Source of the DNA: Lysobacterales bacterium
GTDB taxonomy: Bacteria > Pseudomonadota > Gammaproteobacteria > Xanthomonadales > Xanthomonadaceae
DNA length: 56,501 nt
Direction of reading: 5' to 3'
Assembly: GCA_038233685.1 (NCBI GenBank)
Contig: JBBSVH010000001.1
Coordinates: 1 to 56,501, forward strand
Below, one piece after another: positions 32,389 to 40,547 of the stretch. Position 1 is the stretch's first letter; the number at the start of each line of letters is the position of its first letter. The notes beneath the pieces were generated by a model that did not search any database, had not been told where the DNA came from, and saw only the letters and a list, made by a program, of their open reading frames with translations. A program made the translations under genes and the position numbers.

Positions 32389-32402
32389 TTGACCAGGATC
32401 AA
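32389..32402. promoter_or_regulatory. FNR box upstream of hemN-fnr
   Basis: TTGAC-CAGG-ATCAA; minus-strand TAGCCT at 32366-32361. Confidence 0.8.
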
Positions 32403-32623
32403 GTTCTCTGCTGCCGCGAGCCCGTGAGAGTCGTCACGACCGCATGCTGGAAACAGTCCAGGGCACGCAAGACGAGGGGCTGTGCCAAAGCGCTTGGCAA
32501 GGTCGACCATATGCGTCGCGCAGGCTTCGTTGCGCAACTGCCAGCCTGCCGGTGACCGATAAAGGCGCGGGTCGCCGGCAGGCTGGTATTTCTCAGGGCT
32601 CATGGCCCGGAGCAGTGGCAAGG

Positions 32624-33094
32624 CTACTTGGCGAGGCTGAGCGTGCCCCGCATCACCGAGGCATGGCCGGGGAATGAGCAGATGTAGGTGTACTTCTCGC
32701 CTGCCTTGAGCTTGGCGACGGGAATGGTGATCGTGGCCGATTCTCCGCCACCGACAATCTTGCTCGCGGCGATCACGCGCGGGTCGCCCGGCTTGACGTA
32801 GTTCTGTTTGACGCCGGCTTCCATGCCATCGGTATTGATGCCATCGACGTCGGAAGTCTTGCCCAGCACGAAGTTGTGCCCCATCGCGGTCTTGGGCAGC
32901 TTGCCGACGTGCTTCAGGGTGACGGTGAACTGTTTGCAGGACGCGGGCACCACCAGGGTCTTGGTGGTGAACTGCATCGCATCGGTACTATGGACCGTGG
33001 CGCTGCAGGTCGCAGCCTGCGACGGGCTGGAAAACAGCATGCCCGCCAAGGCAACGGCGCCCAGCAGGCCGGCGGCGGAGAGTTCACGAATCAT
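32624..33094 (-). CDS. azu: Azurin (type 1 blue copper protein)
   Basis: Signal peptide; C..C disulfide pair, MGHNFV, CSFPGHASVM Cu ligands; ATG 33094 with GGAGA. Confidence 0.93.
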   Translation of the reverse strand: MIRELSAAGLLGAVALAGMLFSSPSQAATCSATVHSTDAMQFTTKTLVVPASCKQFTVTLKHVGKLPKTAMGHNFVLGKTSDVDGINTDGMEAGVKQNYVKPGDPRVIAASKIVGGGESATITIPVAKLKAGEKYTYICSFPGHASVMRGTLSLAK

Positions 33095-33158
33095 GGGTTG
33101 TCTCCAGTGGGTATGTCGTTCAATGGATCCAGTGTGGACCTGCACCGTGCTTGGCCAC

Positions 33159-33172
33159 TTGACGCAGATCAG
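33159..33172. promoter_or_regulatory. FNR-like box upstream of azurin
   Basis: TTGAC-GCAG-ATCAG; minus-strand CACACT at 33136-33131. Confidence 0.7.
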
Positions 33173-33340
33173 CGTAGGTCCGTTTGATGGCGCGAACAAT
33201 GAACCCGTTTCAGCTCGAGGCTTCCATGACCCGCATGGACTGGGTCTACCGGTCTGGCGAGGAACTCAACGTGAATCAAGCAGCGCTAGGGACGAAGAAA
33301 TCTCGCAGAGATCTCAGAGCGCGTTTTTTTTGGCCGGGCG

Positions 33341-33580
33341 TTATGAGCAGCCGCCGCAGCACTCGCTGCCTTCGCCACTGTGCGGCGCGGCGGAGCTGGC
33401 GGAGTAGCCGGCGCCGGCCAGCGCGTCGATCGCCTGTTTATCGGTCAGCACGCCCTCCACGCGCACGCGGCCTGCGTCCGCCAGCATCGTAACTTGCGCG
33501 GTCGGATCCAGGTCCAGGATGGTTTTCCTGATCGTCTCGCCACACGAGTTTGAGCTGATGTCCTTGATGTCGAGCAACAT
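33341..33580 (-). CDS. Heavy-metal-associated (CopZ-like) domain protein with Cys-rich tail
   Basis: HMA-like pattern (..SC..TIRKTI..LDPTAQV...RVEG...AIDALAGAGY) and terminal ECCGGCS. Confidence 0.7.
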   Translation of the reverse strand: MLLDIKDISSNSCGETIRKTILDLDPTAQVTMLADAGRVRVEGVLTDKQAIDALAGAGYSASSAAPHSGEGSECCGGCS

Positions 33581-33637
33581 GATGAAGTCCTGTTATATCG
33601 GGGCCTGTCATCGTCGCCGCGCTGCTTCGAAAACACC

Positions 33638-33651
33638 TTGATCCAGGTCAT
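33638..33651. promoter_or_regulatory. FNR-like box upstream of HMA gene
   Basis: TTGAT-CCAG-GTCAT; minus-strand GACGAT at 33615-33610. Confidence 0.65.
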
Positions 33652-33714
33652 GGGGTCGAGCGATAGCGTATCCGTGGATGGATCAATGCTGGACACCTGT
33701 CGCGACCAAGGTGA

Positions 33715-33761
33715 TCAGTTATTGGCGGTCTTGCCTCCTCGCGACTGACGTCGCTCCCACA
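33715..33761 (+). repeat. Right direct repeat of the island, ending in an intact REP-like unit
   Basis: TCAGTTATTGGCGGTCTTGCCTCCTCGCGACTGACGTCGCT (33715-33755) followed by CCCACA; last 23 bp identical to 50484-50506. Confidence 0.9.
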
Positions 33762-33772
33762 AGGGCGGGGTG

Positions 33773-35836
33773 CTATCGCGCGATGAAGCGGATGGCCTGG
33801 CCGCCGCCCGGGGCCAGACGCAGCTCAAGCGTGTCGACGCTGCTCACCCGGCGCTCCTCGATCACGATGTCCTTGGGTGCGGTTTTCCAGTGGGCCTTGT
33901 CGCCGTCGCGGTAGATCTGCGCGGTGTAGCTGCGGCCGCTGTCCAGGAACGACAGCGGTACAGAAAGCATGCGCGCCTCTTCATCCGAAACAGCTCCGAG
34001 GTACCAGTCATCCGAGTTGCGATCCTTGCGCGCGATGGTGACAAAATCACCAACCTCGCCGTTGAGCACGCGGGTGTCCTCCCAGTCCACCGGCACGTCC
34101 TTGATGAACTGGAATGGCGCGGGATTCTGCTCGTAGTTGTCGAGCAGGTCGGCGGCCATTTGCAGCGGACTGTAGATCACCACGTAGAGCGCCAGCTGCT
34201 TGGCCCAGGTGGTGGCGATGCCGTCGGTGGAGCGGGTCTTCATGCCGAAGATGCCGGGCGTGTAATCCATGGGCCCGGCCAGCAGCCGGGTGAACACCAG
34301 GTTGGCCTCGTGTTCGGGTGGATTGCCGGGTTGGCCCCATGCGCTGAATTCCATGCCGCGTGCGCCTTCGCGGGTGATCCAGTTGGGGTAGGTGCGGCGC
34401 AGGCCGGTGTCCTTGATCGGCTCATGCGGATTGACCGCAATACGGTGGCGCGCAGCCGCATCAACCACCTTCTGGTGATGACGGGCCATGTGCTGGCCCT
34501 CGTGCCAGGCGAACCTGATGTTGCCGTTGTCGTCAAGCACCTTGGCCTGGCCTGCGTCGGCGACGTAGCCGGTCTTGACCGCGCTGATGCCGAGCCGCTG
34601 GTACAGGTCGAACGCATCCTCCAGCTGAGCCTCGTAATGCGCTGCGTTGCCCGAGGTCTCGTGATGGCCGATCAAGGTGACGCCGTTGGATTTCGCATAG
34701 GCGGCGAGTTTTTCGATGTCGAAGTCGGGATAGGGCGTGGTGAAGCTGAAGTCCTCGCCGTTTCCAAACCAGTCGCCGTCCCAGCCGACATTCCAGCCCT
34801 CGACCAGCACGCCATCGAAGCCATTTTTCGCAGCGAAGTCGATGTGGCGCATGACGTTCTCGTTGGTGGCGCCGTGGCGCGGACCAGAAGCCCAGGTTTT
34901 GGTGTCCAGGTGCATTTCCCACCACACGCCAACGTACTTCATCGGTTTGACCCACGACACGTCGCCCAGCGCGTTGGGTTCGTTGAGGTTGAGGATCAGC
35001 GAGGACATGGCCAGGCCAGCGGCATCGCTGGACAGCATGAAGGTACGCCACGGCGTGTTGAACGGAGCGCTGCGCACGACCTTGCCGCCACCGATGCCCG
35101 GGGTGAGGTCGGCGCGCAGCGTTCGGCCCTCGATGCGGGTGAGATTCATGCCCGAGTAGTCGACCAGGGCGGCCTCATGGATGGAGATATGCAGTCCGTC
35201 CTCGGTGCGCAGGGTGATCGGCGTCTGCGCGTCGCCAACTTCCTGGAGCGGAGTGCGGTGGTAGAGGTATTCCTCGCGATTCCATTGGCCGGCGGGAATC
35301 CACCACGCGGTGGCTGGATCGGCAATGTTGAACTCGGTCAGTTCCTCGCTGATGTGCACCTGCTCGAGCTGTGGCTGGTCAGGGAATTCGTAGCGAAAGC
35401 CGACGCCATCGTCGAACAGGCGGAACACCACGTCATAGCTGCGCCTGGGCGGGTTCTTTTCGGACAGGGTGACGCGCAACTCGCTGTAGTGGTTGCGCAC
35501 CTGACGACGTTCGCCCCAGGGCTGCTCCCAGGTCTCATCGAACGTGCGTGATCGGTGCGCGTCGATGACCATGTTGCGCTCGAACTTGGGCGCGTCCAGG
35601 AACAGGAAGCCCAGACGCGAGGGCGCGATGACCTCGCGTCCGTCGCGCAGGATCGAGTAGCCGGGGCGACCGTCGTTGTCGGTGGTGACCAGCACCGACA
35701 GGCGTCCATCAGGAGAGGCCTGGCGGGCCGTCGCCGGCGATGTCGCGGCATGGGTGTTGGCTGACACGAACATGGCGGCGAGCGCGAACAGGCGGATCAG
35801 CATGCTGGAGTCCAGGGAGCGGCAGGCGAACCGCAT
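33773..35836 (-). CDS. Glycoside hydrolase family 97 (SusB-like alpha-glucosidase)
   Basis: SPDG, DETWEQPWGE, TPWR, KPMKYVGVWWEMH, VLVEGWN.GW, HHET, VKTGYV, REGARGME, GPMDYTPG. Confidence 0.93.
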   Translation of the reverse strand: MRFACRSLDSSMLIRLFALAAMFVSANTHAATSPATARQASPDGRLSVLVTTDNDGRPGYSILRDGREVIAPSRLGFLFLDAPKFERNMVIDAHRSRTFDETWEQPWGERRQVRNHYSELRVTLSEKNPPRRSYDVVFRLFDDGVGFRYEFPDQPQLEQVHISEELTEFNIADPATAWWIPAGQWNREEYLYHRTPLQEVGDAQTPITLRTEDGLHISIHEAALVDYSGMNLTRIEGRTLRADLTPGIGGGKVVRSAPFNTPWRTFMLSSDAAGLAMSSLILNLNEPNALGDVSWVKPMKYVGVWWEMHLDTKTWASGPRHGATNENVMRHIDFAAKNGFDGVLVEGWNVGWDGDWFGNGEDFSFTTPYPDFDIEKLAAYAKSNGVTLIGHHETSGNAAHYEAQLEDAFDLYQRLGISAVKTGYVADAGQAKVLDDNGNIRFAWHEGQHMARHHQKVVDAAARHRIAVNPHEPIKDTGLRRTYPNWITREGARGMEFSAWGQPGNPPEHEANLVFTRLLAGPMDYTPGIFGMKTRSTDGIATTWAKQLALYVVIYSPLQMAADLLDNYEQNPAPFQFIKDVPVDWEDTRVLNGEVGDFVTIARKDRNSDDWYLGAVSDEEARMLSVPLSFLDSGRSYTAQIYRDGDKAHWKTAPKDIVIEERRVSSVDTLELRLAPGGGQAIRFIAR

Positions 35837-35851
35837 CCTGCGCCCGAGGGT

Positions 35852-37054
35852 TCAGGCGGACAAGCTGCCGCGCGGTGCGAATACGTATGCAAGCGCGGCA
35901 TGCACCGGCAGCAGCAGGGCAACCCAGCTCTGGTTGTACTGCAGCGGCAGCTGCAGCCAGTGCAGGAACCAGGCAAGGCCGGCACCTGCGGCGACCGTGA
36001 TGATCAGCCACGACTGCCATTTCGCCAGCGCGCGCCGGCGCAGCAGCGTGATGCCGGCGGGCACAAGCAGCACGCACAGCGGATTGAACAGCAGCAGGTT
36101 GCGGTTGGCCCATGCGGCCTGGTGTTCGGTGAAGCCCCACAGGAAGACCATCACGAGGCCTGCGAGGCCACACACGGTCCATAGCAACAGGCCGAACCCG
36201 CCCAGCAGGCGCGGCGCACGGCGCGCCGCCGCCAAGATCAGCACCGCAAGCAGCACGCCTGCGCCAAGCCACGGCAACCAGCGGCGCGCCCGCTCCTCCG
36301 GCTCCGGCGCAATCGAGTGCGGCACGAGTCGCACCTCTTCACGCACCAGCGGGCGGCCCTCGCTGTTGCGCGCCTCGCGCAGGCTGTCGGCCAGGCGCAT
36401 CGGCACGTACGCCTCTTCCCAGCGCGACATCGGGGTGTCGGCATAGGGCCCGAGCCCGATGTCGAAGCCCAGCCACATCCACGTTGCCGGCGAGGCAAGG
36501 CGCACGGCTTCACTGCGGAAGGTATTGCCGCGCGAGCGGCCCACCAGCTGCGACTTCAGCGCGCCGTCCATGGCCCCGTCGATCATGTCGCGGACCTTGG
36601 TTGAGCAGTTGTTGGTGAAGTACTTGTAGTCGTAGCGTGCGTTTTCCGGCTTGGCGTGCTCGGCCAGCGCGGCGGCCAGGGCTTGCGCACGGTCCGGCGG
36701 CAGGTCCAGCCACTGCAGGTTCACGCCGCGCCCGACCTCGCGGTAATAGGCGAGGTCTTCTTCCAGGGGCAGGGATACCAGGTAGTACTGCATGTCGCCG
36801 AGCGCGAAGCGCCTCACGAAGCCCGGCTCGCCCATGTCGAAGAAGCCGAAGTTGTAAGACGTGGCCGCTCCCGTTGCCGGGTCGACCACCACGATTGCAT
36901 CGTGACCAAAGCGTTCGAAGAAGATCTCGCCGGGCTGCATGGTGATGACGCCGATGCGCGGCGCAGTTCCTGTGGGAGCCGTTTCCGGCGGCGCAGCCCG
37001 TGAACCGGCAGCCGTTGCGGCCAGCAGGCACAGCAGGACCAGGCGGGCGAGCAA
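35852..37054 (-). CDS. DUF4105 / Lnb-like membrane protein (candidate lipoprotein N-acyltransferase)
   Basis: Signal peptide, FERFGHDAI, YNFGFFD, YDYKYFTNNCSTKVRD (His/Cys pair), four C-terminal TMs. Confidence 0.78.
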   Translation of the reverse strand: MLARLVLLCLLAATAAGSRAAPPETAPTGTAPRIGVITMQPGEIFFERFGHDAIVVVDPATGAATSYNFGFFDMGEPGFVRRFALGDMQYYLVSLPLEEDLAYYREVGRGVNLQWLDLPPDRAQALAAALAEHAKPENARYDYKYFTNNCSTKVRDMIDGAMDGALKSQLVGRSRGNTFRSEAVRLASPATWMWLGFDIGLGPYADTPMSRWEEAYVPMRLADSLREARNSEGRPLVREEVRLVPHSIAPEPEERARRWLPWLGAGVLLAVLILAAARRAPRLLGGFGLLLWTVCGLAGLVMVFLWGFTEHQAAWANRNLLLFNPLCVLLVPAGITLLRRRALAKWQSWLIITVAAGAGLAWFLHWLQLPLQYNQSWVALLLPVHAALAYVFAPRGSLSA

Positions 37055-37055
37055 C

Positions 37056-37916
37056 CTAGCTATCGGAAAGCACGCCGACGTGGAACGCGTGGACCCGGCG
37101 CGAATCCGCCCGGGCCACGCGGAAGGCGAAGCGGCCCAGGGTCAGTTCCTCGTCGGTCTCGGGCAGGTGTCCGATCGCCGCGGTCACCAGGCCGCCGACG
37201 GTGTCGTATTCGTCATCCGGGAAATCGGCGCCGAAGCGCTCGTTGAAATCGTCGATCGGGGTCAGTGCGTCGACCACGTACTGGCCGTCGGCCTGTGCGG
37301 CGATGAGCGCAGCGCCGTCCTCGGCTTCGTCGTGTTCGTCGTCGATCTCGCCGACGATTTCCTCCAGCACGTCCTCGATCGTCACCAGCCCGGCCACGCC
37401 GCCGTACTCGTCCACCACTATCGCCATGTGGTTGCGCGACAGGCGGAATTCCTTGAGCAGCAGGTTGAGCTTCTTGGATTCGGGAATCAGCACCGCCGGG
37501 CGCATCAGTTCGCGGATGTTGCCGGGGCGCTGGTCGTCGACCACGCCGCGCAGCAGGTCCTTGGCCAGCAGGATACCGAGGATCTCGTCCTTGTTCTCCC
37601 CATGGACCGGGAAGCGCGAATGCCCCGACTCCACCACCTGCTTCATCAGGTCGGTGAATTCGCCCTCGACCGAGAGCGAGACGATCTGCGAACGCGAAAT
37701 CATCACGTCGCCCACGGTGAGTTCGGCGACCGACAGGGCACCTTCCATCATTCGCAGGGTGTCGGCGGCGATCAGGCCGTCGCCGTGCGCATCACGCAAC
37801 AGCACGAGCAGGTCATCGCGTGTGGAGGGTTCGCCGGAGAACGCAGAACTGATGCGGTCCAGCCAGGAGCGCCGTCTTTCGGAATCAGGCGCGAGGGTAC
37901 TGTCGTCTTCGGACAT
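37056..37916 (-). CDS. corC: HlyC/CorC-family CBS-domain protein (YbeX)
   Basis: VGDVMISR, SGHSRFPV, HMAIVVDEYGGVAGLVTIEDVLEEIVGEIDDEHD, DTVGG; start at ATG 37916. Confidence 0.93.
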   Translation of the reverse strand: MSEDDSTLAPDSERRRSWLDRISSAFSGEPSTRDDLLVLLRDAHGDGLIAADTLRMMEGALSVAELTVGDVMISRSQIVSLSVEGEFTDLMKQVVESGHSRFPVHGENKDEILGILLAKDLLRGVVDDQRPGNIRELMRPAVLIPESKKLNLLLKEFRLSRNHMAIVVDEYGGVAGLVTIEDVLEEIVGEIDDEHDEAEDGAALIAAQADGQYVVDALTPIDDFNERFGADFPDDEYDTVGGLVTAAIGHLPETDEELTLGRFAFRVARADSRRVHAFHVGVLSDS

Positions 37917-37969
37917 CTCTCGGGGGAACGGGCACCCGTGACGGGGCGACGCGAAGAGTCTAGCAGGCT

Positions 37970-38557
37970 CTAGGGAACGATCGTGTCCGTCGCCGGCAGC
38001 GGTTCTGGCGCCTCGGGGTCTTCCCGGTCCACGCTGTAGCTGCAACCCACCAGGGTCTTGCCCGGATGCGAGTCGACGTTGGAAACCCCCAGCACCATCG
38101 ATTCGATCAGGACCTGGCCGGTCTGCGGATCCGCCGACTCCACGCTGCGAACCTCCTTGCCGAACATCGCCTTGGCGGGCGTATCGACGCCGGTCTCCAG
38201 CTCCAGCTGGCGGGCCAGCGGGCGCGGGTCGGGCAGGTCGATGATGGCCAGCACGGTCTCGCCCGAGAACGCGATGTGGTCGGTCGTGTAGCCGAGCACG
38301 GTGACAGGCCTGATCAGCACGAACTCGGTCAGGAACAGGTTGGCTTGCGGCAGTGGACGCCATCCCAGCGCCACGGCCTGCAGTGGATCATCCAGAGCGG
38401 GAGCCAAGGTCCGCATGTGGGCAAGGTCGCCGCGGCACTCGATCAGCGCCGCCATATCGGGGGGCTCGGGCTTTGCCGCAGTGTCCCCGGGGTCTGGGCC
38501 TGCGAGGGCCGGCACCGAGAGCAGGGCTACAAGGATGATGGACGCGAAAGCCGGCAT
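37970..38557 (-). CDS. Hypothetical exported protein
   Basis: Signal-peptide-like N-terminus, two Cys (LIEC, VGCSY); tightly spaced after ybeY on the same strand. Confidence 0.7.
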   Translation of the reverse strand: MPAFASIILVALLSVPALAGPDPGDTAAKPEPPDMAALIECRGDLAHMRTLAPALDDPLQAVALGWRPLPQANLFLTEFVLIRPVTVLGYTTDHIAFSGETVLAIIDLPDPRPLARQLELETGVDTPAKAMFGKEVRSVESADPQTGQVLIESMVLGVSNVDSHPGKTLVGCSYSVDREDPEAPEPLPATDTIVP

Positions 38558-38562
38558 CCCCT

Positions 38563-39054
38563 CTAGTCCTCGATCACGTAGGGATTGCCGATTCCAAGCT
38601 CGGCCAGGACCTGACGCTCCAGCAGCTCCATGGCGTCGGCCTCCTTGTCGTCCTCATGGTTCCATCCGAGCAGGTGCAAGGTGCCGTGCACGGTCAGGTG
38701 GGCGTAGTGCGCGGCCAGAGATTTCTTCTGCTCCTTGGCCTCGCGCGCGACGACCGGGGCACAGATCACGATGTCCCCGAGCAGCGGCATCTTGACGCCC
38801 CTCGGCATCTTCACCCCTTCGGCGATGTCGGCAGGGAAACTCAACACGTTTGTGGCGTAGGCCTTGCCTCGATAGTGCCGGTTCAAGGCGAGGCCTTCCT
38901 TCGCGTCGACCAGGCGCACGGCCAGGTCGGCCTCGCGAATCCGCCCGATCAAAGCCGCCGCGACCCACTTGCGAAAGCTTACCGCTGCCGGAAGCCCGGT
39001 ACGGGGCAGGGCGTAGGTGACGGACACCTGGAGTTCGATCGGGCCTTGGGTCAT
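38563..39054 (-). CDS. ybeY: rRNA maturation endoribonuclease YbeY
   Basis: LNRHYRGK.YATNVLSF, LGDIVIC, HLTVHGTLHLLGWNH. Confidence 0.95.
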   Translation of the reverse strand: MTQGPIELQVSVTYALPRTGLPAAVSFRKWVAAALIGRIREADLAVRLVDAKEGLALNRHYRGKAYATNVLSFPADIAEGVKMPRGVKMPLLGDIVICAPVVAREAKEQKKSLAAHYAHLTVHGTLHLLGWNHEDDKEADAMELLERQVLAELGIGNPYVIED

Positions 39055-39129
39055 GGGTCGGGTGTCTCGCTCGATGAGGGGCAGGAGGATTTGCCCTGCC
39101 GCGCGGCTGCTCAGGATCGAATTGCTGTT

Positions 39130-40110
39130 TCAGCTTGCGATGCTTTCGCTCTTTTCATCCCGTGCATCGTAAGCCTGCACGATCCTGGCGACCAGCGGAT
39201 GCCGCACGACGTCGCGACTGGTGAAAAACGTGAAGCTGATCCCGTCCACGCCGTGCAGGACTTCCAGCGCATCCTTGAGACCGGACTTCTGGTGCTTGGG
39301 CAGGTCGATCTGGGTCAGGTCGCCGGTGACCACCGCGGTGCTGCCGTAACCGATGCGGGTCAGGAACATCTTCATCTGCTCCATGGTGGTGTTCTGTGCC
39401 TCGTCCAGGATCACGAATGCATCGTTGAGCGTGCGTCCGCGCATATAGGCCAGCGGCGCGATCTCGATGACGTTCTTCTCCAGCAGCTTGAGCACTTTTT
39501 CCACGCCCAGCATTTCATAAAGCGCGTCGTACAGCGGCCGCAGGTACGGGTCCACCTTCTGGCTCAGGTCGCCAGGCAGGAAGCCCAGCTTTTCGCCCGC
39601 TTCGACCGCCGGGCGCACCAGGATCAGGCGCTGCACGCGCGATTCGTTGAGTGCTTCCACCGCGCTGGCCACGGCCAGGAAAGTCTTGCCGGTGCCGGCT
39701 GGGCCGATACCCAGGTTGATGTCGTGGGTGGCGATGGCGTGCAGGTAGTTGGCCTGGTTCGGACCCCGCCCGCGCACCGTGCCGCGCTTGACCTTGATCG
39801 CAACTTCCTGCGGCTCGAAGCCGCCGGCCGCCACGTGCGCCACGTTGGAGGCATTCAAGCGCAGGTGGATGGCGGAACTGTCGAAAGTTTCGCTGGCGGC
39901 TTCCGCATACAGCGAACGCAGCAGCCGTTCGGCAGCAGCGACGGTAGCGGTGGGCCCGGTGATCTTGAACACGTTGCCGCGGTTGGCGATCTCAACGCCC
40001 AGGCGCAGCTCGATCTGGCGCAGGTGCGCGTCGAACGGGCCGGCCAGATTGGCCAGCTGTTCGGCGTCGTCAGGTTCAAGGGTGAAGCTGCGATTCTGCA
40101 ATGCGTTCAT
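39130..40110 (-). CDS. ybeZ: PhoH-family ATPase (YbeZ)
   Basis: GPAGTGKT, RPAVEAGEKLGFLPG, APLAYMRGRT, ILDEAQN, GDLTQIDLP, DVVRHPLV; start at ATG 40110. Confidence 0.95.
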   Translation of the reverse strand: MNALQNRSFTLEPDDAEQLANLAGPFDAHLRQIELRLGVEIANRGNVFKITGPTATVAAAERLLRSLYAEAASETFDSSAIHLRLNASNVAHVAAGGFEPQEVAIKVKRGTVRGRGPNQANYLHAIATHDINLGIGPAGTGKTFLAVASAVEALNESRVQRLILVRPAVEAGEKLGFLPGDLSQKVDPYLRPLYDALYEMLGVEKVLKLLEKNVIEIAPLAYMRGRTLNDAFVILDEAQNTTMEQMKMFLTRIGYGSTAVVTGDLTQIDLPKHQKSGLKDALEVLHGVDGISFTFFTSRDVVRHPLVARIVQAYDARDEKSESIAS

Positions 40111-40115
40111 CGGGC

Positions 40116-40547
40116 TCAATGTCGGGTCTGGTCGTCGGCGTCTTCGACGCGCCACTGGTGGAAGATATAGGCCTCGTCGTCGATCAGGGCCTGGTCGAAG
40201 TGTTCAGGGTCCGGGGCATCGTCGCGCTCGCGCTGCGCGGGCTCTTCGCGTACGCCGGTCACCTGCCATCCTGCCTCGCGCAGGAAACCGCTGGCGTGAT
40301 GCACGGGGTCCTCGGCCAGTCCCGGCATCTGGTAGCAGAGCACGAACGCGCCTCCGAACTCCTGGAATTCGGGGGCCTCCGGCAGCGGTTGGGCTTCGAG
40401 CACGAAGACCCAGAGCCTGGGCGTGTCCTGGGAAATGGTGGCGGGCTGCAGGGCAGCGTGGAGCTGGGCCTTGCAGGGTAGCCCGTGGTTCCGTTCACGG
40501 CGAGTCAAAGCCTGCTTCGTCGCCTGCCGTGGACACGGTGGCCGCAA
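40116..40547 (-). CDS. Hypothetical acidic protein between miaB and phoH
   Basis: Fills the miaB-phoH gap on the operon strand; protein-like C-terminal part ([10 protein letters not shown]...GWQV...YIFHQW); start uncertain, may be 40508 or 40403. Confidence 0.5.
   Translation of the reverse strand: MRPPCPRQATKQALTRRERNHGLPCKAQLHAALQPATISQDTPRLWVFVLEAQPLPEAPEFQEFGGAFVLCYQMPGLAEDPVHHASGFLREAGWQVTGVREEPAQRERDDAPDPEHFDQALIDDEAYIFHQWRVEDADDQTRH

Larger units (their letters stand above)
21625..33761. mobile_element. Putative genomic island for low-oxygen nitrite/NO respiration (no mobility gene inside)
   Basis: Functionally coherent gene set with shared FNR boxes, delimited by 41-bp direct repeats; mobility itself is inferred. 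Confidence 0.55.

Noticed and set aside
32403-32623. Short ORFs between hemN and azurin (32364..32621, 32444..32677)
   Set aside because: No motifs or ribosome-binding site noticed, and one overlaps the hemN promoter
39130-40110. PhoH as evidence of a phosphate-starvation locus
   Set aside because: It is the housekeeping YbeZ-type gene in the conserved miaB-ybeY context
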